From contig NC_081333.1 of NCBI RefSeq assembly GCF_022539665.2, positions 10,912,001-10,976,000 on the forward strand: a stretch of DNA of 64,000 nt, written 5' to 3'. The DNA is from Daphnia carinata. Lineage: Eukaryota. Position 1 is the stretch's first letter. Each line of letters begins with the position of its first letter. The notes beneath the pieces are model-generated. The model was not told where the DNA came from. It made no database searches and saw nothing but the letters and a program-made list of their open reading frames with translations. Shown piece by piece: positions 50,601 through 63,601 of the stretch. Both the position numbers and the translations under genes were made by a program.

Positions 50601-53600
50601 GGCGCGGTTAACACCCTTGGTTGATGCCACTAATGTGACACTGAGCTGGGAAAGACCACCGGGGCGTGTCGATATGTACCGACTTGTATGGTACCAAGCA
50701 GAATCGGATCCCATATTGCCTTCATTGAATTTGCAAGATGATCGCAGAAAGAGGCAAACGGACCAGCCGCAAAAACGCTCTGTGGTTGTCAATGGTGATT
50801 CGAATCATTCGTACATCGATACTTTATTCCCAGGCACCCTTTATGTCATCGAGATGACCTCCATTTCTTTCGGAGTGGAGAGCAACAAAACGTTACTTAC
50901 TTTGCGAACTTGTAAGTTTAAAGAGAAAATTTTATTTCCTCTATCGCCGCCTCTTAAATTAAATCTTATTATGCAGTACCACTAATCACTTCCGATATCG
51001 TGATCGTTAAACGGCACGAGACGAATTCCTTGACGCTTAGCTATACGCCGACGCCGTCCTCAATCTCACGATTCAATTCGTATCGCTTTTCACTAACTGA
51101 CAGTACAAAGAAAACAAACGTCAAAGAAAAAACCGTTGATGACCCCGACCGCAAGGTGATCTTTGATGACCTCGTACCAGGCAGATTGTATGAAATTTCA
51201 GGTAGGCGTGAACATATTTTAGTGCGTACTTTCTCTTATTTACCTAATGGATTTGTTCTATTTTCAGCATGGACTGTGTCGGGTGGCGTTACCTCCCATC
51301 CCGTCCTAAGGCAAGTGCGGCTGTATCCGGAACCGGCGTCTGCTATCAGTGCAAGGGATATTAGTGACACTGAATTAACTCTTTCTTGGAAAGCCCCACA
51401 AGGAGACTGGAACTCTTTTGAGGTTTCACTCCCTTTTTTTGGTTGAATTTTATTCTTTAGGTTTTAAATGTTCATTTCTGTGTTTATTTTTTTAGCTGAA
51501 ATATTTAGACTACAACAATTTATTAGTAGCAGAATCCACCAAACAGACCTTTATCACAATTACGAATCTCAGACCGCACAGGAATTATACCTTCACTGTT
51601 TACACACGATCTGGTGATAATGGATCAGCTTGGAATAGTATTTCGCTACCCATGAGTGCTTCCTTCAGCACCAGGGAATCAGTCCCGGAAAAGGTAAATT
51701 AGTTTATTTTTAATTTGGCTTTTTCGCTCAGATCCCACAAAGTGAAAAGCCCACCAGTGTTATTCATACAATAACTTACCCGCTATTACCAATTGCTGCC
51801 TTCTAGGTTCCGACATTTAGACCTGTTGAAATTCAACCAAGTCAAATTAGATTCGAATGGACCTTACCTAGCCATGATCAAAATGGTGTGCTCATCGGAT
51901 TTACCGTTTCATACGGCATACTGGTATAAGAACAACAGGGTTTAATTAGAATAATGAAATTCATTTATGTACGATACCCAATAGGGTTCGACGTCAACTG
52001 TAACTCGTGAGTTTCCTCCTGGCAGCTCGTCCGGCACAATTAGTGGCCTTTTCCCGGGCAAAACGTACTTGTTCCGAATCCAAGCCAAGACGAAAATAGG
52101 GTCGGGCAATTCGACCAAATGGGAGCAAGTTATGCCTATCTGGGGTGAGATATCCGTAGATAATAGGATTTACTTCCAATCAATATCTTTAATCCAATTG
52201 TCGTATTATGTTCGCGTAGCTCCACCCAAACCTGGTAAAAAAGAGGTACCAGAAATTCTAGCCAAAACAACAACGACTGTGAAACTTCAGTTCAAGAAGG
52301 GACTTTTTTCAGACGAGAACGGACAGGTTTATATTTATCAATCATCATGCACGTGGGGGATGTATTGTTACCATACCGTGTTCTCTCTAGGTTATTGGAT
52401 ATACCATTATTGCCAGCGAAGACGAAAATAAAGACATATCAACTTTGGAAACTCCTTTACTCTTACGTTGGAAGGACGTTCAAAGCTACAACGTGTGGCC
52501 TCCCTATCAGGTATGAAACAAATATTGTTTACCTAGAAAACAAGTCTACTAACTTTGCGTAATCCAGGTTGTTGAGCAATACAATCCGTTTACCAATTCG
52601 ACCACTGAGGTATTCACAGTTGGTAGTGAAACCTGCGAGTCTAGAATACAATTGACTGGTTACTGCAACGGACCTCTCAAACCCGGAACTGCATACAAAT
52701 TCAAAATCCGGGCTTTTACGGCCAAGGACAAATATAACGACACTTTGTACAGCCTCCCAGTTATTACAGGTAAATATTAGTTGCGTAAATCTTTGAAAAT
52801 ATCTAAATAAAAGCAACTCTTTGTCCTATAACAAGATCCTGACAATTCAACGGTAATCGCTGGTGTAACTATCCCTGTCATACTTCTTCTGTGCGGTGCT
52901 GCCACCGTGATCGTAATGAGAAGAAAAGGACGTCGGAGCGGAAGTGCTGCGTCCGGATGTTTGGGCAAAGTCCAACATGGGAACCATCGTGGTCCAGATG
53001 GCCTTCCATTGTCTGATGGCCTGGAAACAACGTACGCCCTATTTTTACCTTTTTTGTTTATTTTGTTTTTTGTTTGTTTGTTTTTTGTTTCTTTGTTCGT
53101 TCTTGTTCCATATTCTCTCTTTTCATTCACCCATTCGCTCAACAGGAGACCAGTCAAGCTGAAAGATTTTGCCGATCATTACCGCCGGATGGCAGCCGAT
53201 TCGGATTTCCGCTTCTCCGAGGAGTTTGATTGTTTGAAACATGTCGGGCGCGACCAACCTTGTATAGCGGCTGATTTACCAGTCAATCGACCTAAAAACC
53301 GGTTCACCAACATCCTGCCGTACGACCACTCGCGTTTCAAATTGTTACCAACAGACGATGAAGAAGGCTCGGATTACATCAATGCCAACTATGTTCCGGT
53401 ACCGTGATCGAAAGAATTTTGTCTTTGATTGTTGTTTTACTGTTTTTGCCCATTGTTTGCCGATTGCGATGTAGGGTTTTAATTCACCACGGGAGTTTAT
53501 AGTGACGCAAGGGCCGCTACATTCAACTCGCGACGATTTCTGGCGCATGACTTGGGAATCGGGCACCCGTGCAATTATTATGCTCACCCGTTGTGTAGAA

Positions 53601-54567
53601 AAGGGTCGTGAAAAATGTGATCGCTATTGGCCATTTGACACCCAACCCGTTTATTATGGAGACATTCAAGTAATAATGTTAGTTGTGTAATGCACTGGGC
53701 TGGTACTACCAATTTTATTATTGTATATTAGGTAACTATTCTTAATGAAAGCCACTACGCCGATTGGTCCATCTCCGAATTCCGCGTCTGTAGGGTAAGA
53801 TAATTTGTCTCGTTTTATTTGTTCCGTGTTATTTTTAATGAAACAGTTACACATTACTCACCTTTATGAAAATTTAGGGTGAATCAAGCAGAATAATTCG
53901 CCACTTTCATTTTAACACATGGCCGGACTTTGGAGTACCTGATCCACCAACAACGTTGATTCGTTTTGTCCGATCATTCCGTGATCGTGTCTCCACCGAT
54001 GCTCACAAGCCAATCGTCGTTCATTGCAGTGCCGGCGTTGGCCGATCCGGAACATTCATAGCCCTTGATCGCTTGATTCAACAGATGCAGGTATTAAATA
54101 TTCTTTTTTGAATATCCTGTGGGCTGGACATGCAATATCTCGCGGTATTTTAGTGCCAAGATCACATTGACGTTTTTGGAGTGGTTCAAGAAATGCGCCG
54201 CGAGCGTGTCTGGATGGTACAGACGGAACAGCAATATATATGCATTCATCAATGCATTTTAGCTGTACTTCAGGTATTTGCCCGATATTACGATTTTATG
54301 TTACATATTATTACGTCTTTCATGTCCAGGGATTTGAATATGTTGATGCCAATGGCGTCAATGGAACAATTGGCTCAAATGGTGCTGCCTCTGTTGGTCA
54401 TCCGTCGATGGGCATGATTGGTGGCATCCTTACAAGAGAGATGCATGATAATCAAGGATTTGAAGGTAAGGGAATATCTTAATATTCCGAGTATTCGTTG
54501 TTTTGTTTGTCTTTTTTTTTTCTTCCTGCAAACAGATGATGAGGGAATTGCTGAATCAGGAATGTGA
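47635..54567 (+). CDS. Ptp10D: R3-subtype receptor protein tyrosine phosphatase (Ptp10D/Ptp4E/PTPRB-like): many FN3 repeats, TM segment, single PTP domain; 5' start unresolved
   Basis: [104 protein letters not shown]-terminus [10 protein letters not shown]. The signal-peptide exon(s) lie upstream of 47635 and could not be fixed. Confidence 0.92.
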
Positions 54568-55600
54568 TGCGGAGATATTGGCACCTTAGGGCAGCTATAA
54601 CCTTCCTGCTATCTGCGAAAAAAAAATTTATTGAGCCCAAGCCTTGTATATTTTTATGCCATCATATTTAAATATTTTTTGTAAGCCTTACCCCTCCCCC
54701 ACCCAATTTTATCTTCCCTCTTTTTAATTCGATTATTGTGACATTTAAAAAAATATGTGTGACCTCAAGTCCTCAACTTCTCATATTGTATTCCGTCCAC
54801 AACGTTGCTCGTGTTTGTCTCTCTGGCAACACAGGAAAAATTGCCTTAAGGAATCTTTATAGTTATGCATTCTAATCCATGTTTTTGTTTCTTTTCTCCG
54901 ATTTCTGTTCGCGTCCCGTTTTATTGGACTTTTGAAGATCTGGCCGGGTTTTAACATTGCCCGACTTTAAGTATTTCTGACTGCACTAGAGCATTTTTCT
55001 AGCATTCCCTTGTTTCATCACACGATTTTGACTTTATACAGGTCAAATGAGCTACTGTCTCGCCTTAAACTTCAATATTCAAGTGACTTTAAAATAAAAC
55101 TTACCGACGTATACGTTATCTTGAAGTACTCGTTGTTCATTACCAAATGAATGACGCAATTTCACCACGACAGTTGACAGAAAAGTAAGGAAGTACAGGT
55201 CGTTAAACTATCGGATCGAGGATTCTTACCTTTTGTCACCCTTGGATGATTTTATGGCCATAAAATATCTGTGACCTTCAATCGATGTTTTCGGGAGCAA
55301 TCGGATGAAACCTAAGCCGTAAGCATTATTCTACACTGTCGAACGCAGTATAATTATTAAACTATATTGCAGGGCATCGACCGATTTCACAGTCGTCTGT
55401 TCGTTGAATTGCTTTTTGCGTATTGCTACCCTTAGACACGATGACAGTAATCGTTTATGATTTGATGAGTCCTATAAACTGTTTTCATTTATTGCCACCC
55501 TACTAGGTATGTTTTGTTTTTTGTTTTTCTTGCTGCATAGAATAACGAGTTCAACATCCCATGATCAGGATGCTTTCGACGTTGTCTCTCACGCCGGGTG

Positions 55601-55607
55601 TATAAAA
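55601..55607 (+). promoter_or_regulatory. TATA box of the CUB-like gene
   Basis: TATAAAA about 225 bp upstream of the ATG, with a 5'-UTR intron at ~55691-55745. Confidence 0.55.
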
Positions 55608-55825
55608 CCGAACAGGACCAAGATTCTCCAGAGTGTCAGCGTCGTCTGAAACGACAACGTGGTTGCTTGTGACTTCCAAGTCTCGCTCTGGTAAAACTTT
55701 ATATCTTTTCTAACTAGATTTTATGAAGAAGCAAACTAATTTCAGTACACTTTCATTCTCGTATTATAGTGGCCGATTCCAAATACCACGGTACTGTCTG
55801 GGCTCTTCATCTTACTACTCACAAG

Positions 55826-57676
55826 ATGAAATTTTACTACGTTACGTTTGTGGCATTGGCAGTCGCCTACACGACGGCCATTCCAACTAGGAAATGCAAT
55901 CGAAAACATCTTCTGGAATCTAGACTTGATGAGCCAGTCTACTACGTATTCGATCCCAATCAAGAACAATATCCTTATGGTGATTCACCCGTTTATCAAC
56001 CGAGTCATCCTGTTGACCTGGCCGATGCTCAAATCCGTATTTAAAATCTTCATTGACTTTATTTGCAACTAATACAGAAAATAAGCACTGTACATCATAA
56101 AATTATTTGTCATTTTTAGAAGCCAGAGTTCCGCAGTCGCAGACTGCACCTACAACGACGTCAATCTTCGGCATCGGTTCTATACCCACATTCGGTACCC
56201 TTCCATCGTTTACGTCACTTTTCCCCGTATCGGGAACGAAATGCACTACTAACTCCGGCGATGAAGGAACCTGCCTTTCCCAGACTGAATGTGACAACCA
56301 AGGCGGAATAAAAGACGGCGATTGTGGAACTGTTCTTTTCCGTTCTGCTGGCGTCTGCTGTTCATGTAAGTGGCACAGCAACACAACATAAAAGTCATAT
56401 TTCCTGTAATGTTCTTTTTGAGTAGTTATGATTAAAAAATGCTCTGAAACTGCAATCCGCAGTCCGTTGATGTGGATGACTCCATCAAGAGCGTCGAGCA
56501 AGCAGTCTTGCACATTGACGTTCCCAGCCAACCCTGGTATCAGAGTCGCCGGAACAACAATTGGTGGAGGATTGACTTCCTCCAGCAACAGTATTCGCAG
56601 CTGCCAAATCAAGTAAGTTCTCCATGAAATCAATTAATAGATGCATTATAAATGTATTTTTGAAAACAACTAATTTAGGGTGGAATTTGAAAATTTTCGA
56701 CTTGCTCCACCTAATCCAAATACGACCATGTGCGACGAAGATTATTTCGCTGCAGTTGGTAGCACTACACCGAGCCAAAAACTGTGTGGCGATTCATTTA
56801 CTGATCAGCATCGTAATTTCATCTACAAATTTTTTTCCTAATTCTTTTGGTTGACAAATAATATCTGTTTTCTCTGCTAGTTTACCTGACATTTAATGAA
56901 GAACAAGACGATATCACACTAGGGTTTTTCTTGACTGATGCAGCAAATAAGGATTGGAAGCTGAGGATTACGAGAATTCCTTGCTCATCTCAAGATCTTG
57001 GTCTGTAACATTCTTATGCTTCTATTTAACCATTCTTCTGGATGCAATAATAAATTTTTTTTTTAATTTTAGCTCCCGCCAACTGCCTACAGTATTTAAC
57101 TAAAACGGCGGGATCAATTGAATCGTTCAACTTTAAGCAGGAATATGGAGGTTCTGTACGCCAACTTGCTGACCAGAATTACAACATTTGCTTCAAAAGA
57201 CCTTCGGTGGGCATCCCCTAGCTTATCTTAACGAATCTAGTAAATAAGTCCTTAATTCGCCTTGACTTAAACAGGGTTATTGTGGAGTTTGCTTCGCACC
57301 TTGCCAAACGTTTAAGAATGTTCCAGGTTTTCTTTTAACCAAATCAGCTGAGAACGCGACCAGTGCAACCAGTGGTTCCAATTGCCCTGATCAGCTAATT
57401 ATTCCGGGTGGTACAAACGGCGGAAATGTCCGCGAATCTGTTTATTGTGGAGCTGCACTCAACCCGGCGAAAAATGCGACTAGCGACGCTCCAATTTGCA
57501 GTAACAATTTTATTTCTGAAATTCAAGTGATCAACGGACTTTGTATTCAAGTGTATTTCTGTTTTATATTTATAGCTACATCTGATCGAATAACTTACAT
57601 AACCGACTCCAAGGAGGCAAAAGACGAAGTCAACAATGTTGGATTTTGTTTGACCTATACTCAAAAGAAGTGTTAA
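55826..57676 (+). CDS. Secreted Cys-rich CUB-domain-like protein (arthropod family), ~8 exons
   Basis: Signal peptide MKFYYVTFVALAVAYTTA; GTCLSQTEC...GDC...GVCC module; CQIK|VEFENFRL; APANCLQYL...GSIESFNF...QLADQNYNICF; C-terminal GFCLTYTQKKC*. Confidence 0.85.
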
Positions 57677-58470
57677 ATTTGTTGGAAGAATCTGTTTGCA
57701 ACTGTGCGTTTTGTTGCTGTTATTTAGTTTCATTATTTAATAATCAAACATTTGTGTTTGCATTTGCATTTCATAACTACACAATTTCTTTAAGGACGCC
57801 GAAATTTCTGTCGCTAGAAATTGTTCGTTCAAAGGTTCAAAACGCTATACGTATGTATCCATCTAGTTTCTCTTATGACTTTCTTTTGTGAAAGGCGAAC
57901 AGACATGCAATAACTGTAGCTACTAGAAAAATGAAAAAAAAATAATAATAAATTAAATCTTCAGAGCAAAACGAGGGTGGCATAAGAGAGAGGGTAGTAC
58001 CGAAGCCTAGATCGGAGAAATTTCGCCTGTGACTTGGCGAAAGAGTTTTTCATGAAGACGCTTTTTGAAATCATATTCTTGATTGCACGCAAAAAAAAAC
58101 GGAGAAAGTTTTCGGCGATTAGAAAGAAGACGGTTAAGTAACTCAGATCAAGGCGGGACTTTCACCGCCGTTCAATCACCGAGACTTCATAAAACACACA
58201 TCCGTTTTTCCCCTACTTGTTATTAAGTTTAAATATTGGAACCAAATTGAGCGAACTCATTTGTTTTTCACGATAAAAACAAATCGGCAAATCATAGTTA
58301 GCATGTAAACTGAAAATGTTGAAGGAGAAAGCTCATTTTGCAAGTTAGTTATCGGAGAAACCACAGTAAAGGAGTTTAGCAACACGGGGTTATTACCGCA
58401 TTGCGAGGAGCGCGGCGATGTAATCGAATGGAAAGCTGCCTACGGGCGGAAAGGTTCATATGGAAATACG

Positions 58471-58506
58471 TATAAAAGCCTTTGCAAATTCCGTAGATCA
58501 TCAGTC
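58471..58506 (+). promoter_or_regulatory. TATA + initiator core promoter of the chitin-binding gene
   Basis: TATAAAAG at 58471 and arthropod Inr TCAGTC at 58501, about 30 bp apart as in canonical promoters; ATG at 58554. Confidence 0.75.
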
Positions 58507-58553
58507 TTCCTGCCTTCTAATACTCCAGCCAGTCATCGTCTTCAGCTACAAGA

Positions 58554-59278
58554 ATGGTTTGCCTTCAAATATTTTTCGGTAAAGTTAGAATTATCGATAA
58601 GAAAAAACTTGGATTTTCATTACAACAACAAAAAACTGTTTGTAGTTTTTGTTAGTGTAGCAGCTGTGATATCTCAAGAGGAGCAGAAACCTTTCGCGGC
58701 TGAACAGGATAAAGAAACAGACGTTAACTCCATTCCTGGTAAACTGACTGATAGCCCTATGCCTTTCTTTATCGCATCAGTCATCTAAACCAAATTTTTC
58801 TATGCATACAACAAAGGCGTTGCCGGAAAAGATTATCCCAACTATCACGAGATTCCAAAAACGAATTTTGGTTGTTCGGATAAAATTCCTGGCTACTATG
58901 CTGACACAGATGCTCGCTGTCAGGTGAACATCCAAAGTCATAGCTTTTGGCTTCCTTGTATTTGATTTAATTTGAAATTGTTTTATTATAAAGGTTTGGC
59001 ACTATTGCAGTCAAGAAGGTTTAGTGGATTCTTTCCTTTGCCCGAATGGAACAATCTATTCTCAGGAGAGAAGAGTATGCGAGTGGTATTACGATGTGGA
59101 TTGCACAAAATCGAACAAATTCATCGATGTCAACAAAGATTTGTACATCATTCCTGAGACAACGAAAGCTCCGTCAGGAAGTGCCGTTGAGAAGGAGGAG
59201 CTAGAGGAGGACCTTTATAAACAACAACTCGTTAAAACTTCGAACTTACGCAAGAGATATACCCAAACCCAACTTTGA
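58554..59278 (+). CDS. Secreted chitin-binding type-2 (peritrophin-A/CBM14) domain protein, 4 exons
   Basis: Signal peptide; IPG|VAGKDYPNYHEIPKTNFGC...PGYYADTDARCQ|VWHYC...SFLCPNGTIYSQERRVCEWYYDVDC six-Cys pattern. Confidence 0.92.
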
Positions 59279-59741
59279 TAGCGAGTTAACTAAAATAATT
59301 TCCACATGTGATAAACTGATAATCCATCGTTTCATCAACGGAAACTGTTGTACAATCGTATATTTTGTTCTTTGCCGTATAGTCTTTCAATAAATAAGCA
59401 ACTATACTCTAGTACTTGTTTCATAAAAATTCTACTTTGTTGCTCTTAAGGAAACTAAAGATCAAGGGCCGATCGTTTTTCATTTGTATAAAAAATTGCT
59501 TTATGCGATCTGGCATTCCTCGTCACGTCATACGTCAAAAATTAGAGGAATTCTCGTCTGCTTAACAACTAGACATTCTCGTATAGTTTAAATTTATCAG
59601 AACTGAAGATATTTCGAATGTGTACCAGTTCCTATGAAATATCGTGTCATTTTTCAAAATTATACGCCCACTACCCACTGTGTTCTACAGGTTGTTCTAA
59701 ATGCAGCAAAGTCTATTAGGCAAGCTGTTAAACTTACAGCT

Positions 59742-62328
59742 ATGGCTGAGGCTAACAAATCTAAGATGAGAGAGTGGACACCAACAGATACTAATCAAGT
59801 ACTGAAATAAATGTTACAATTCATAGATAGAGTTGAAAATATGATAATTCTAATGCAATAGATTCGATTGAGGCACTTACGTAAAGTATGCATAAGAAAT
59901 GTTTGGTTGAAACAAGAAACCAACCCCGAAAGTATTGTCTTTTATTACACCTTACATATCACTACCATGTCAGCTCCATTCTATACAAGTGAGCATCAAT
60001 CAGGTGAAAGTATTGATTGGAATGATGTAGATACAAGAAAATTTCCAGAAAGTATTGTCAATTCTTGCCCAGGTATCTGCAATGACTATTATTTGAACTG
60101 CTCCCTATTGCACTTGTGTTACTAACTATAGCTTTCCTTCCTTTATTCAAGGTGTGGTAGTGAGAGTGTGGGCCAAACAGGACAGTGACAGTTCTACGCC
60201 AGAATTAATTACAGTTTGGGCTGTCTACTTTAATGGTCTAGTCTATTTAGGATCACAGCCTCCCAAAGAAGCTATTTTGTTCGCCAATAATGCCTTAATT
60301 TTTGGCATGAATTGGGGTTTCTTTACTGCTGGCAATTCATTGAAATCTCAGTTAGTTTTCCCTCCAATCCAAGAACCGCAGGAAAATTCCTGCAGCAAAA
60401 GCTACACTGTTGCATCTATGTGCAGGTTATTCGGAGTATGTTGTACAGCTTAGAATCAATTGTTTTATCTTATTTATTCGGCAGAATTCATCGTATGCAG
60501 AGAGCAATCTACAAGGAAGGAACCGAATCAGAGCGTCTCAAACTAGAAATTCAATCAGTTCAGTCAAATCCCAGCCGGTATCGTAACAAGACTATTCGTT
60601 CGATTCCTTCACTAACTGCCTCGCCCGCTGATCTACTTGCCCTGCAGCAACTGAGAGCCAAACGTCAAGTGGCTCTGGCAAAAGTTTCAATGCTTCAGCA
60701 GGAAAGGAATAGACAGTTGAAAAGTTTAGAGCAATTAAAAGAAACATTAAAAAATCTCCGAGTGGATAATCACACTAAAGGTTTGTTGGCATAAGGCTAC
60801 GGACGAGGATTTAAAATTCCAATTATTCTCAGTTTTTTCTTAACAGCTTTGCATTTGAAAGAGAAACATTTTCATCTACAAATGGATAAAGACCGGCTTT
60901 CTGAGTTGGTAAAAAGCCTTGCGAGTACTGAAGAACAAGATACTCGGTTGAAGCATCAACTTATTGCTCGCCGAAGACAATTATTCTTGGAATTAATAGA
61001 AATATTTCCTATAGTTCAGGTTACCTAAATTCAGATGCAAAGACTTTCGATGCTCGTTTTTAAATGCTAAAAATTTTATCCCAAAGGTGAAACCTGGTGT
61101 TTATTCAATCAACGATGTTATTTTGCCGAATTCCGATTGTTTTGTTGGATGTGACGACACTCAACTCAGCGTAGCTCTTGGCCACGTTACCCATTTGGTC
61201 CAAATGCTTTCCGTCTTCCTCCAAGTGCCCAATCGGTACCCTGTGGCCGTATTCAGCTCACGAAGCCGCATCGCTGACCACGTTAGCCAACGAGATGCTG
61301 ATGCCCAGAAAGAGTACGACTGCTTTTTGGAGAAAGCTACTGTGTACTATTTTGATTTCTTTACCATCCCTCATTTTTGGCCGGCAATAGATTCCCATTA
61401 TTTGCAAAAGGAAAGGATAGGCTATTCTTCGAATACGCTGTTTATCTTCTCAACAAAGATGTAGCACAACTGCGGTGGTTGTGCGGTCTTACTACCACAG
61501 ATCTAGCGGCCACACTACCGAATCTACACTCGTTGCTACAGCATCTTGTTACATCATGTCCAACGTAAAATTCCTGCATTCATTTAGTTTTTTTAACCGA
61601 TTCTATAGTTTATTGGATTGTGTTTGCAGTGACGAAGGAAAAATGAAACGGTCAGATAGCCGTGAAAAGGGTTTTACACCACGAAGCCACAGCATGGCTT
61701 CGGCGTCACAGTACATGTTTAAGACGGCGAAATGGCAGCCTCATCGAGTCTCACGATCGCTAGCTGGGAGTCAAATGAGTCTAGCGGATCCCAGTATGGC
61801 TTCGACGGTCAGTCTGGACCATTTAACGGATTCGCCACAAGCCGGAGGCTACTTTCGGCAGCCGCCTCCTCAACAGCAGCATTGGAACAATAACTCATCG
61901 TCGACATTGTCGTTGGACTTGGTTGTTGATCGCCTAACATTTTCAGTCAGCTCACCATTACTTTCGTCGGCCGGGTCACATCATCACGGATCCGCCCCTG
62001 ATCTGCGTAGTCCCGATTCAGAAGCTCCTACAAGTCCTTCCCCACCACCCAGTATTAAATCAGTCATGCTTATTGGTGAAGTTGTATTTTAATAAGAAAA
62101 TTCTTTACTGTTTGATTAGTAACGTTCAAGGCTCCTCCAGCCTTTGAGCCTGCTGAAATTGAAAAATCTACCGTTTCATCATCACCTATCACCATCAGCC
62201 AGCCATTGGACATGGATGATGGGATGGATAGCGTGACGTCCCGAACTGAAGCGTTAGCCATCTCCAGCACGTTCAAGCTACGCGGTAGAGGACGTACAAT
62301 GTCGACTTCGTCGCAAAGCAACTTTTGA
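59742..62328 (+). CDS. UVRAG: UV radiation resistance-associated gene protein (Vps38)
   Basis: REWTP...Q|IRLRHL; C2 region FYYTLH...PFYTSE; VYFNGLVYLG; coiled coil; ELIEIFPI; SVALGHVTHLVQMLS; FPLF...FEYAVYLLNKDVAQLR...TLPNL. Confidence 0.92.
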
Positions 62329-63601
62329 GGTTTTTTTTCTTTTTTTTCCATTTTCGTTCATCATTCCAGTCAAGTTCAGAATTTTTTGTTGTTGGTTACA
62401 TTGTTACCGCGAAAAAAAAAATATCTTTCAAGCAATAACATAAATTCCATCAATGTGAAACAAAAAAGGAACAAAATTGTTCGCATAGTTATTCGCCGAG
62501 ATATTTCTATTTTAAATCCGGCCGCCAAGGAATGGCGGGTTTTTTTTGGCACGCGATTTCTGCGTACCCAATTGGTTCTGACCAGTGGCTTTTTTAATGT
62601 ATTTCGGGATGCGCAAACGTGCCGCACATAACGTAAAGGCATGCAAACTGAACCGGAACGTGGAACATGAACGAATCTATTTCTGCTTCCGGTTGCCGTG
62701 GGCTACCAGTGGTGGTATTTAAAATTTTTGTTGTTGTTTCTCCCCTTTCCAGTGCCGTAAGATTTCTCTCTTCCGATGGGAACTGCCTACGGGGTCGGAG
62801 AAATTGGACGTTGAATGTGTGTGCATTGTGGGTGCGTGTCCCCTATTCGTTGGCGTCGTCAGCGTCGCCGTCATCGCTATTCGGAGAACCGTTTTGGAAA
62901 CAAATAACGAAAAACTCTTTTTGCCTTGACGGACGGGTATGAACGATTTCATGGGACGCATTCCAAATTTTGTGTTCTTCTCCTTTTCGTACCGAAGCAT
63001 TTGATTGAACCTGTAACCTACATAATGTAAAATGAGAACCGGTGGAGATCCTTTGATAGCTATTATGTAGGTTTGGTCGTCTCCAATGGCAGCTGCCTCT
63101 TGTGATGTTTTGGCGGTTGGTCTATGATGGAGGGAACCTATTTTTTTATACATATATATTTTCTTTTTTTTTTTTTTTCATAGAAAGAGAAAACATATCA
63201 AAGAGAAGAAAAAGGGGGAGGGGTGGTTTAGCGCAACAGCTGCTTCCAGTTTGGTGGATACAAAAATGCGATCGGGGAGGGGTGAGGCCCATATGTGCAG
63301 TGTGAGGAGTATACTACATAGGAATCGTAAGAGGGGGGGGGGGAGCGAGAACGCATGCGAAAAGACTGTGTGTGTGTGTGTGTCTAAGAATTCCTCTGGC
63401 ATTAGTCTGTGAGTGTGGGCGCACTAGGGGGGTAGGAAAAGGAGGAGGGACCAACCTACACATATACACAGTAGCCGCCCGGACTTGGGACGAAGCTGAC
63501 GCATCGTCATCCGCTCTCTTTTATGGCGTTAGTCGTGACTGTCGTCATTTGAGTGCCATATAGAAAAAGAACTGTGGTGTGTTATCGTGCGCGTGTGTGA
63601 A

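Noticed and set aside
54565..54600. Stop-codon readthrough of the Ptp10D-like gene
   Set aside because: The context is TGA-T rather than the leaky TGA-C, and an in-frame TAG follows within a few codons.
56366..56470. Apparent premature stop (pseudogene) in the CUB-like gene
   Set aside because: It appears only with the acceptor at 56462. The acceptor at 56425 keeps the frame open (...CCSFMIKKC).
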